Notes under the pieces: model-generated
Told to the model about the DNA's origin: nothing
Databases searched by the model: none
The model's input: only the letters and a program-made list of their open reading frames with translations
From: Candidatus Magasanikiibacteriota bacterium
GTDB lineage: Bacteria; Patescibacteriota; Patescibacteriia; Magasanikbacterales; GWA2-37-8
DNA: 64,000 nucleotides
Assembly (NCBI GenBank): GCA_016182085.1
Contig: JACOYB010000004.1
Span: 339,923 to 403,922 of the forward strand
Direction: 5' to 3'
Translations under genes and position numbers: made by a program
Shown here: one piece after another, positions 50,938-59,330 of the stretch
Layout of the letters: each line of letters begins with the position of its first letter
How positions within the stretch are numbered: the first letter of the stretch is position 1

Positions 50938-51621
50938 ATGATTTTTGTGATAGTGCCAGCTTATAATGAAGAAAAAAGTATCGGTCGCGTTTTGGGCGGT
51001 TTTTTTGAAACACAGTTTAAAGACGAAAGTTTAAAAAATATGAAAGTAGTCGTAGTAGATGACGGGTCGATAGATAATACCGTGCAGATTGCAAGTCAGG
51101 CCGGAGCGACAGTGTTGCGGCATGAAATAAATAGAGGGCAGGGCGCGGCGTTGCAAACCGGCAATGAATACGCGCTTGAACAGGGAGCGAGTATTGTAGT
51201 GCATTTTGACGCGGATGGACAGTTTAATCCGGTAGATATAGAATCGGGTTTAATGACTATGAAAAACAAGGGTGTGGATGTGGTGCTTGGCTCTCGTTTT
51301 TTGGACAATCGTTCAAAGATGCCGTGGTCAAAGAAATATCTGCTTTTGCCAATAAGCAGATTTGTTAATCGGTTGCTCACCGGTTTAAAACTAACCGACG
51401 CGCATAATGGATTTAGAATTTTATCGCGTAAGGCGCTCCAAAAAATTAATATTTCCCAAGACAGAATGGCGCATAATTCCGAGATTGTAAAACAGATCAA
51501 GCAACATAATCTGTTGTTTGCCGAACATCCGGTAGAAGTTGTGTATGCCGAATATGGCCAGGGAGTTGGCGGGGGGTTGAAAATTTTACAGGATTTACTA
51601 GCAGCTAAATTTTTGAGGTAA
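50938..51621 (+). CDS. GT2 glycosyltransferase (DPM synthase-like)
   Basis: PAYNEE, DDGS, NRGQGAA, FDADGQ, GSRF. Confidence 0.92.
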   Translation: MIFVIVPAYNEEKSIGRVLGGFFETQFKDESLKNMKVVVVDDGSIDNTVQIASQAGATVLRHEINRGQGAALQTGNEYALEQGASIVVHFDADGQFNPVDIESGLMTMKNKGVDVVLGSRFLDNRSKMPWSKKYLLLPISRFVNRLLTGLKLTDAHNGFRILSRKALQKINISQDRMAHNSEIVKQIKQHNLLFAEHPVEVVYAEYGQGVGGGLKILQDLLAAKFLR

Positions 51622-51622
51622 T

Positions 51623-51964
51623 ATGTTTGTGATTCAGATAATACTTTTCATCTTTTTTCTCTTTGCTTTTGTAAAGGTGGTTGGTCGTTTTAAGGCCGGA
51701 GAAATTGGAAAAATGACTGCTTTAGGCTGGTGTTTGTTTTGGGTGGCAGCGATGCTCGTGGTGATTTTGCCAAATTCCACTGCTCAGGTGGCAAAACTAG
51801 TCGGTATTGGAAGAGGCGCTGATCTAGTGGTGTATCTAGCCTTGGCAGCTTTATTTTTTATCATGTTCAGGATGATGGTAAAAATTGAGCGATTCGGCAA
51901 AGAAATTACCGCACTCACTAGAAAAATTTCTCTACAAGAAAAAGATAAGCCAACAGCCAAGTAG
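51623..51964 (+). CDS. DUF2304-like small membrane protein
   Basis: GIGRGADLVVY motif, follows a GT2 gene. Confidence 0.8.
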   Translation: MFVIQIILFIFFLFAFVKVVGRFKAGEIGKMTALGWCLFWVAAMLVVILPNSTAQVAKLVGIGRGADLVVYLALAALFFIMFRMMVKIERFGKEITALTRKISLQEKDKPTAK

Positions 51965-51965
51965 T

Positions 51966-53147
51966 ATGCGTATAGCTCATGTAGTTTCCACGTTTCCGCC
52001 GCATTTAGGCGGAATGGGCAGTGTTTGCGAGAGCGAAGCCAAGGCGCTGGCTGAACAAGGATATGACGTAACAATTTTTACTTTAAAATACCCGGGTAAA
52101 ATTAATTCTGAAGCAGATAAAAGATTTCCTTTCAAAGTAGTCAGGCTGCGGCCGCTTATTGGATTTGGCGATGCCGGACTGGTTCCTCAACTACTTTGGA
52201 AAATAGGCAAAAATTTCGACCTTGTTCATTTGCATTATCCTTTTTATGGCGGGGCCGAGTGGTTGTCTTTTTTACAGATACCATTAATTATTACGTATCA
52301 CATGGATGCGCAGACAGCCAGTTTAAAGTTTCTGATCCAGAAACTATACGATGCAGTTTGGCCAAAGCGGTTATTTGCTAAAGCTAAAAAAATAATTACG
52401 GTTGACGCGGCATTTAGAAATTCAAAGTTTTTACAAAATGTATCTTCTGGAAAAATCACGGAAATTCGCAATGGCGTTGATACAGGTATTTTTAAGCCGC
52501 AATCGGCAGATTTGGATAAGTTGGGCCTATCTGATTTAAAAGATAAGCAGAGCTTGAAATTACGTCGAGCTTCGAAAGAAGAAAATGAATTTTCTTCTTT
52601 GCTCACCTCTAGTAATTATAAAAAAATAATTTTATTTGTTGGCAATTTATTGCCCTTGAAACGTCTAGATTTATTGATTAGCGCGGTTAAATTATTAAAT
52701 AACCCGGAGGCAGTATTGGTAGTGGTGGGCGGGGGAGATAGCCTGAAAAAATATAAACAAATGGCCAAGGATTTGGGTGTTGGTTCTCAGGTAGTTTTTG
52801 CCGGCGCTTGTGACAATAAGGAAAAATTGGTTCAATATTATAATGCCGCATATTGTGTGGCCGTACCTTCGGATTATGAATCTTTTTCACTAGTAGCTGC
52901 CGAAGCTATGGCTTGCGGCAAGCCGCTTATTTTGAGTGATTTGCCGGTGTTTAAAAATAATTTTAACCAAGCAGTTTTTTTTCAGAAGGGTTCGGTTGAT
53001 AGTTTGAAAGACGCTTTAACGCGAGCATTATCTTTATCAAGCGAAGAAAGAAAGAAAATGGGTGAATGGGGGATAGCCAAAGCAAATACGGATTTTTCTT
53101 GGGATAATCATATTAATAAATTAAAAGCAGTGTATGGGCAAGTTTGA
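51966..53147 (+). CDS. GT4 glycosyltransferase with 25-aa in-frame insert
   Basis: FPPHLGG, HLHYP, NGVD, ESFSLVAAEAMACG; start moved to ATG 51966. Confidence 0.9.
   Translation: MRIAHVVSTFPPHLGGMGSVCESEAKALAEQGYDVTIFTLKYPGKINSEADKRFPFKVVRLRPLIGFGDAGLVPQLLWKIGKNFDLVHLHYPFYGGAEWLSFLQIPLIITYHMDAQTASLKFLIQKLYDAVWPKRLFAKAKKIITVDAAFRNSKFLQNVSSGKITEIRNGVDTGIFKPQSADLDKLGLSDLKDKQSLKLRRASKEENEFSSLLTSSNYKKIILFVGNLLPLKRLDLLISAVKLLNNPEAVLVVVGGGDSLKKYKQMAKDLGVGSQVVFAGACDNKEKLVQYYNAAYCVAVPSDYESFSLVAAEAMACGKPLILSDLPVFKNNFNQAVFFQKGSVDSLKDALTRALSLSSEERKKMGEWGIAKANTDFSWDNHINKLKAVYGQV
52548..52622 (+). repeat. AGCTTGAAATTACG-family element inserted in frame
   Basis: Encodes QSLKLRRASKEENEFSSLLTSSNYK between LKDK and KIILFVG; internal AAAGAAGAAAAT/ATTTTCTTCTTT hairpin. 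Confidence 0.75.
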
Positions 53148-53955
53148 TTACGAAAAATCAATTTGGGGTCATGGTCGGGCAAGCATCAAGTTAAGCTCGC
53201 CGACCAGTTTTAGGTTGCGCCAAAGTTTGAGTTCAATTAAAGCTCTCGCCGGCGGCGCCAAAGTTATGGAACTTGGCAGTGGCGCGGGGCAGTTTATACG
53301 TGAAATTAAGGCCATCAGACCGGACTTAGAGTGTTATGGGTCTGATATTAGCGAACACGCTATTAACTTAGCCAAACAGGCAAATGACGGCGTGCAATAT
53401 GACTTAAGCGCTGAAAAGAAATTGCCATACGCGGATAATTTTTTTGATGCTATTTTGATTTTTGACGTCTTGGAACATGTGGAAAATCCGGGCGCGATTT
53501 TTTCCGAAGTGCACAGAACTTTAAAAAGCGGAGGGGTCTTTTATGCCTTTGTGCCGTGTGAAGGGGATTTTTTGTCTTTTTGGAATTTACTGCGAAAATT
53601 CGGGGTGGGAGCAAACCTTACAAAAATGTATGCTGGGCATATTAACCGATTTTCCCGCGAAGAATTGGTGGCCACGGTAAAAGCTTTCGGGTTTGAAATT
53701 AAAAAAATTAGATATAGCGAACATATATTAGGACAGTTTTTAGGCCTGGCTTCATTTTTTTCCATGGATAGATTTGCCAAGAAGAATAATCTGCAACAGG
53801 TAAATAATGAGCAGTATTTTTACGATTTAAGCCAAAAGGGCGGAGGAGTGTTGCGGCTGGTAAAAAATTTGGTAAATACGGCGGTGGCGTTAGAGTCTAT
53901 GCTTTTTTCCAGGCTGCCATCGCCAAATGTGCATTTAACAGTTATTAAGAAATAG
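53134..53955 (+). CDS. Class I SAM-dependent methyltransferase
   Basis: MELGSGAG, LPYADNFFD, DVLEHV. Confidence 0.9.
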   Translation: MGKFDYEKSIWGHGRASIKLSSPTSFRLRQSLSSIKALAGGAKVMELGSGAGQFIREIKAIRPDLECYGSDISEHAINLAKQANDGVQYDLSAEKKLPYADNFFDAILIFDVLEHVENPGAIFSEVHRTLKSGGVFYAFVPCEGDFLSFWNLLRKFGVGANLTKMYAGHINRFSREELVATVKAFGFEIKKIRYSEHILGQFLGLASFFSMDRFAKKNNLQQVNNEQYFYDLSQKGGGVLRLVKNLVNTAVALESMLFSRLPSPNVHLTVIKK

Positions 53956-53965
53956 CCAACTAAAC

Positions 53966-54113
53966 TGTCATCCCGAGCGAGCCTCGCGGCGACGCCCGCC
54001 CGTACCGAACGTGTACGTTCGGGCGGGAGGGATCTCTGTCTGTCATTCCCATCGCAATGGGAATCCAGTATCCGGTCAGATTGTGTGGATTCCCGCTTTC
54101 GGCGGGAATGACA
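53966..54113. repeat. Composite REP-like elements with nested 33-nt palindrome
   Basis: TGTCATCCCGAG...[CCCGCCCG...CGGGCGGG 53995-54027]AGGGATCT, then TGTCATTCCC...GGGAATGACA. Confidence 0.85.
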
Positions 54114-54126
54114 AATAAATTTTAAT

Positions 54127-54732
54127 ATGCGCATCATTCATATAATTCCTTCGGCTTTTGAATACTTTAATGATATACGGTCTCAAGCTTTTAAATTATT
54201 AGGCGGCTTGCATAAATTGGGAGTGGAAACAGAAGCGTTTACCTTGCAATATAACCAGCCAAGTAAATCCATGAAAGCCGAAGTTACCGAAGATTCATCT
54301 TCAGTTCATAACTACGCGGGAAATATTAATCTTGATAATTTGGCAGAACATTTTTCTGGTTTTGATATTGCGCATCTCCATTGTCCATTTTTAGGAATGG
54401 CTAGAAAGATAATTGATTGGAAAAAATTACATCCTAATTTTCCTTTGGTTGTAACATATTACCGAGATGTGCGCTTTGAAGATATATTTAGTATTTTTAT
54501 TAAACTATACAATGCTTATTATTTACCAAAAATTTTTACCCTGGCGAGCGTGGTGGTTTGCTATAATTTTGAGTCTTTTAGAAAGACCGCGGGCCTTAGA
54601 TCGTTACATGATAAAAGTAGTTTAGCAATTTTAGATGAGATAGAGCTGGGTGAAGAGGGGGAAAGCTTAAAACCAACAGAGTTGGTTGCGGCAAAAACGC
54701 TTGCGGTGTATAATAGTATCCTTAGAGCTTAA
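54127..54732 (+). CDS. GT4 N-terminal-domain-only protein
   Basis: MRIIHI...FDIAHLHCPF...VTYY resembles the N-half of the GT4 at 51966; no EX7E motif. Confidence 0.6.
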   Translation: MRIIHIIPSAFEYFNDIRSQAFKLLGGLHKLGVETEAFTLQYNQPSKSMKAEVTEDSSSVHNYAGNINLDNLAEHFSGFDIAHLHCPFLGMARKIIDWKKLHPNFPLVVTYYRDVRFEDIFSIFIKLYNAYYLPKIFTLASVVVCYNFESFRKTAGLRSLHDKSSLAILDEIELGEEGESLKPTELVAAKTLAVYNSILRA

Positions 54733-54761
54733 CCTTAATATATATAGTTACACATATATAT

Positions 54762-54817
54762 ACTCATTCGCTCGGAAGAAATTAAATGCATTTAATTTCT
54801 TCTCTCACTTATTTCGT
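54762..54817 (+). repeat. CTCATTCGC...ATTTCGT element abutting a start codon
   Basis: ACTCATTCGCTCG-GAAGAAATTAAATGCATTTAATTTCTTC-TCTCACTTATTTCGT, 2 nt before ATG. Confidence 0.8.
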
Positions 54818-54819
54818 AT

Positions 54820-55128
54820 ATGGGAAGATTTAAAAAAGGACTATTTTTAGGAAGTTTAGTTGGCGCGGCGCTTATGTGGTTGAATGCTACCCCAAAGGGG
54901 AAAGAAATGCGAGAAAAAATGATGTCTCAGGCCAATGATTTGTATGGCCAGCTTAAGGAAAGCCTAAAAAAATTAGATGGACCTACCAGAGAAATGTATG
55001 ATGCTTTGGTAGAAAGAGCCGTAGAGGAATACGCAGCCAAAAAAGAGATGGCCATGGAAATAAAAAATCAATTGGTGCGAGAATTAAAGAAACGATGGAA
55101 AGAATTGGAAAAAGAAATTAAAAAATGA
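54820..55128 (+). CDS. YtxH-like protein
   Basis: GLFLGSLVGAA...TPKGKEMR followed by coiled coil. Confidence 0.75.
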   Translation: MGRFKKGLFLGSLVGAALMWLNATPKGKEMREKMMSQANDLYGQLKESLKKLDGPTREMYDALVERAVEEYAAKKEMAMEIKNQLVRELKKRWKELEKEIKK

Positions 55129-55214
55129 CCTGCAACAGCGGAGTCATCCTGAGCTGGCGTGAAGGATCTTCGTCAAATAAAAAAATAGCCTCGAACTAAT
55201 CGGGGCTATTTTTT

Positions 55215-56993
55215 TTAAATCTTTTTAATATCCTCAATAGTTAGTTGCAGTTCACGATTTCCATTCCATTCATTAACTCCAATAGAAAAAACCATATCAA
55301 TTTTATCGCCGGGTTTTAAGCATTGTTTCCAATCTTCGCCGCAGCGTTTTATATCGCCCAAACCAAAGCCGATCGTTTTTTTAACTAAATGGGAGTTGTG
55401 TTTAACCGTTAGCCGCAAATGTTTGCCGTCCTTTCCTACCGGATCAATATTTAATACGGTTACGGCCTTGGCTAGGTATTTTGGTTCTTCATTGGCTTGG
55501 CCAAATGGCTCAAATTTTTGCAGCAGATCATATAGTTTCCAATTTACTTCATCCAGGTCAACTTCCGCATCCACGGTAATTTGGGGTGTCATATCTACTT
55601 CTGTGGTTTGGGTAGCGGCTTTCTCACTTAGTTTTGTCTTAAATTCTTCCAAAATACTCTTATCCTTTAAGGTAAAGCCGCAAGCTTGCGGGTGCCCGCC
55701 AAATTTGGCAAATACTTCGGGCATACTCTGGAGGGCCAAAATTAAATTAAATTCGCGAATGCTGCGCCCGGACCCAACAATTTCTTTTTCCGTTTCCCCC
55801 ATGACAATAGATGGTCGGTAGTATTCATCTTTTATTTTTCCGGAAATAAGTCCCAAAATACCGGTGGGCCAGCCAGCCCCGAGCACGAACAAGACAGGGT
55901 TATCTTGTTGCGCGCTTTCTTTTATTTGTCTTCTGGCTTCGCTCACATACTGTTCGGTGATTTTTTGGCGGTCTGAATTATTTTTGTTTAGTTGCGCGGC
56001 TAAATCCTCAGCTTCTTTTTCATCCCTAGCCATAAGCAGTGCAAAAGCAAAATTGGCATGATCCATGCGTCCGGCAGCGTTAATTCGGGGAATAAGCTGG
56101 AAACTCATAGTAAATGAATCATAGATTCCACGTTTTGAGTTGCCGTTTTCATCGGCCAAACCAGAAGCAATCAGCAGTTTTTTTAAGCCAATGTTTTTAG
56201 TTTTATTTATTACGGTTAAGCCGTAACGGGTGAGAGTTCTAGATTCGCCCAGCAGCGGTACCATATCGCCGATAGAGGCAATAGCCACCAAATCTAACAT
56301 CCATTTTTCAAATCCTTCAAATGTTTGTCCGTCCGGCAACATCTGATGAGATCGCGCGTATTTGCGCAGTAGTCCTTGAACTAGTTTAAAACCCACAGCT
56401 GCGCCACAAAGCCCTTTGTCCGGGTAAGGTTCGCCTGGCACAAGCGGATGGATGATGGCGTCAGCTTTAGGGGCTTTTTTTGGCACCACATGGTGGTCGG
56501 TAATAATAACTTTCATTTTTTTCTTTTTGGCTTGTGCCACTTCGTTATAATTGCTTATGCCGCAGTCGCAAGTAATAATTAAATTTGTTTTTTTATCGGC
56601 CAAAAATTCTACAGTTCTCGGGTTAAGACCATAACCGTCTGTTTCGCGGTGGGGGATAAACACTTCCACATGCTCCGCCCCTAATTTTTTTAGACAGTTA
56701 ATAATTATGGCTGAAGCGCAGACACCGTCAGCGTCATAATCTCCGTGTACCACAATATTTTCTTGATTTTTTATTGATTTAAAAATTATATCCGTAGCAC
56801 GTTCCATGTCTTGGAATAAAAAAGGATCGTGAATATCTTGGGAATAATCAGGGTTTAAGAATTCGTCAATTTTTTTCTGGTCGCGCAGGTTTCTGTTCCA
56901 AAGCAACCGTGTAATTGTGTTTGGCAGTTCCGGGTGAGCGTTTATGAATTCTTCAGGCGGCGGCGGCAGGACATTCCATTTTTTTACGGACAT
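55215..56993 (-). CDS. recJ: ssDNA-specific exonuclease
   Basis: GDYDADG, DCGI, TDHH, PRINAAGR, GSGRS, FGGH, EPFG. Confidence 0.97.
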   Translation of the reverse strand: MSVKKWNVLPPPPEEFINAHPELPNTITRLLWNRNLRDQKKIDEFLNPDYSQDIHDPFLFQDMERATDIIFKSIKNQENIVVHGDYDADGVCASAIIINCLKKLGAEHVEVFIPHRETDGYGLNPRTVEFLADKKTNLIITCDCGISNYNEVAQAKKKKMKVIITDHHVVPKKAPKADAIIHPLVPGEPYPDKGLCGAAVGFKLVQGLLRKYARSHQMLPDGQTFEGFEKWMLDLVAIASIGDMVPLLGESRTLTRYGLTVINKTKNIGLKKLLIASGLADENGNSKRGIYDSFTMSFQLIPRINAAGRMDHANFAFALLMARDEKEAEDLAAQLNKNNSDRQKITEQYVSEARRQIKESAQQDNPVLFVLGAGWPTGILGLISGKIKDEYYRPSIVMGETEKEIVGSGRSIREFNLILALQSMPEVFAKFGGHPQACGFTLKDKSILEEFKTKLSEKAATQTTEVDMTPQITVDAEVDLDEVNWKLYDLLQKFEPFGQANEEPKYLAKAVTVLNIDPVGKDGKHLRLTVKHNSHLVKKTIGFGLGDIKRCGEDWKQCLKPGDKIDMVFSIGVNEWNGNRELQLTIEDIKKI

Positions 56994-56997
56994 ATGA

Positions 56998-57399
56998 TTA
57001 TTTTTCTTTTCTATCTATAAAACTTTTCATGCTGATTTTTTTAAAATCCCAATATGAATCCGCTAAAAACAGGGTAAATAGGATAAATAAGACGTTTAAA
57101 CTTAAGTATTCTTTGGCGGGAATAGGTTGGTCAAAAATTGCGAAAAGTCCAATGCCGAGCAAGATCCATAACGTGAGTGTCTTATTGGTTAAACAGCGTC
57201 TTTCGGAAATGTTAATTTTATTTCTTATTTCCCATATATATACGGCATATAAAATTAAGAGCGGTCCAGCCACATACCACTGAAATTTATGGGGATCCTG
57301 GCCAAAATAGGCGATAAAATAAAAAAATAGCATGATAAAAATCAGCAGAGCCACAAATAGAAAAATTATATCCAACTGATATTTACGAAGAATTAGCAT
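56998..57399 (-). CDS. Hypothetical membrane protein
   Basis: About 4 TM helices, TATG start, fills the gap in the lepA-recJ run. Confidence 0.7.
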   Translation of the reverse strand: MLILRKYQLDIIFLFVALLIFIMLFFYFIAYFGQDPHKFQWYVAGPLLILYAVYIWEIRNKINISERRCLTNKTLTLWILLGIGLFAIFDQPIPAKEYLSLNVLFILFTLFLADSYWDFKKISMKSFIDRKEK

Positions 57400-57406
57400 A
57401 CCTAGT

Positions 57407-57505
57407 TTATTGCAGTATTGGCATGAAACTAAAGGCAAGCATGGCCAAAATTGCTACAAAGGAAATTACGATCCAGATTCGTTTAATAGTTTTTTGTTTT
57501 ATCAT
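57407..57505 (-). CDS. 32-aa single-TM microprotein (absent from ORF track)
   Basis: MIKQKTIKRIWIVISFVAILAMLAFSFMPILQ; TATG start 2 nt after the lepA stop. Confidence 0.65.
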   Translation of the reverse strand: MIKQKTIKRIWIVISFVAILAMLAFSFMPILQ

Positions 57506-57507
57506 AA

Positions 57508-59310
57508 TTATCTTTTTAATACCGCCAAATAAGTCTCCGGCGGGATATCTATTTTTCCGTGCGCTAACATGCGTTTCTTGCCTTTTTTCTGTTTCTGTAA
57601 TAGTTTTTGTTTGCGAGTATAGTCGCCGCCGCTCATGGTTTCAATTACATCTTTGCGTAAAGCGGACAATCTATCTGCGGCAATTACCTTGCCGCCAATG
57701 GCGGCCTGGATTTTAAGGACAAATTGTTGTCTGGGCAATGACTCCTTTAGGGACTCCACAATTTTTTTGCCTACTTTGTACGCGTAATCTCGCCATACAA
57801 GCGTGGACAGAGCCTCTACCTGTTCTTCTGCCACAATAATATCTAGTCTTACCACATCCGTAGTTTGGTAATCTATAAATTCATAATTCATGGATGCGTA
57901 ACCGGAGGTAACGGTCTTTAGTTTATCATAAAAGTCGGTAATAAGCGATGCGAGCGGTATTTCGTAATGCAGCATGGCGCGCTGGTCGCTGCCGGTGCTT
58001 AAGTACTCGGTATTTATATATTTACCCTTGCGCTCGGAAACGAGTCCCATCACATTACCTACAAAATCTTTTGGAGTAATCACATCAAGTTTCATCCATG
58101 GTTCCAAAATTTCCGTTATGTGTGTTGGGTCCGGCATTTCTTGCGGGCTATGAATAATTTTTTCTTGTCCCGTGTTATTAATAATACGATAAGCCACGCT
58201 CGGTACCGTAATTATTATTTCTAAATTATACTCTCGACTTAATCGTTCTTGGAAAATATCTAGGTGTAATAATCCGAGGAAGCCGCAGCGGAAACCAAAG
58301 CCCAGAGCTAGGGAGTGTTCGGGCTCATAAAAAAGCGAAGCGTCGTTTAGCTTAAGTCTTTCAATCGCATCACGCAATGTTTGGTAATCGTCACCCTCTT
58401 TAGGGAATATCCCGGCATACACCACGGGTTTTACTTCTTTGTAGCCGGGCAGAGCCAGGGTATGAATATTTTTTTCTTCCTCATCTTTTTTGTAAGTGGT
58501 AATTGTGTCACCAACGCGACAGTCGCGCAGTTCTTTTAGTCCGGTAATACAATAGCCAATTTCACCGGTATTTATTTTTTCAGCAGACTGAAATTTTGGT
58601 TTGTAATATCCGACTTCCAAAACTTCGGCCGGAGTTCTGGTGCCGATAAGAAATATTTTGTCTCCTTTTTTTAATTCACCGTCCATAACTCTAACAGAAG
58701 CGATTACGCCTTTATAGTCGTTGTACACAGAATCAAAAATCAAAGCCCTGGTAGGGTTGTTGGTGTCGTATGTTGGCGGTGGAATTCTCTCTATGACTGC
58801 TTCCAGAATTTTATCTACACCCTGGCCAGTTTTACCGGATGCCAAAATAATTTCTTCGGGTTTGCAGCCAAGCAAATGCAAAATCTCATCTCTGGTTTTT
58901 TCCACATTGGCATTTGGCATGTCAATTTTGTTGATTACCGGAATGATAGTGAGGTTTTGCTCAATCGCTAAATATAAATTACCGATAGTTTGCGCCTGCA
59001 CACCCTGGCTCGCGTCAACCAAAAGGATGGCTCCCTCCACGGCCGCGAGTGACCGAGAAACTTCATAGTTAAAATCCACATGCCCTGGGGTATCAATTAA
59101 ATTGATCACATAATCTTTATACGACATTCGCACCGGTGTCAGTTTAATGGTAATACCGCGTTCACGCTCCAGCTCCATGGAGTCTAGCAATTGAGCTTGC
59201 ATGTCCCGTTTTTGGACAGTGCCGGTAAATTCTAAGAGACGATCTGCCAGAGTGCTCTTGCCGTGATCAATGTGAGCTATGATACAAAAATTACGTATAT
59301 GTTGAGTCAT
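57508..59310 (-). CDS. lepA: Elongation factor 4
   Basis: IRNFCIIAHIDHGKSTLADR, GFRCGFLGLLH, KLLQKQKKGKKRM. Confidence 0.98.
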   Translation of the reverse strand: MTQHIRNFCIIAHIDHGKSTLADRLLEFTGTVQKRDMQAQLLDSMELERERGITIKLTPVRMSYKDYVINLIDTPGHVDFNYEVSRSLAAVEGAILLVDASQGVQAQTIGNLYLAIEQNLTIIPVINKIDMPNANVEKTRDEILHLLGCKPEEIILASGKTGQGVDKILEAVIERIPPPTYDTNNPTRALIFDSVYNDYKGVIASVRVMDGELKKGDKIFLIGTRTPAEVLEVGYYKPKFQSAEKINTGEIGYCITGLKELRDCRVGDTITTYKKDEEEKNIHTLALPGYKEVKPVVYAGIFPKEGDDYQTLRDAIERLKLNDASLFYEPEHSLALGFGFRCGFLGLLHLDIFQERLSREYNLEIIITVPSVAYRIINNTGQEKIIHSPQEMPDPTHITEILEPWMKLDVITPKDFVGNVMGLVSERKGKYINTEYLSTGSDQRAMLHYEIPLASLITDFYDKLKTVTSGYASMNYEFIDYQTTDVVRLDIIVAEEQVEALSTLVWRDYAYKVGKKIVESLKESLPRQQFVLKIQAAIGGKVIAADRLSALRKDVIETMSGGDYTRKQKLLQKQKKGKKRMLAHGKIDIPPETYLAVLKR

Positions 59311-59330
59311 AAATAACTGGTGCGGGGGCT

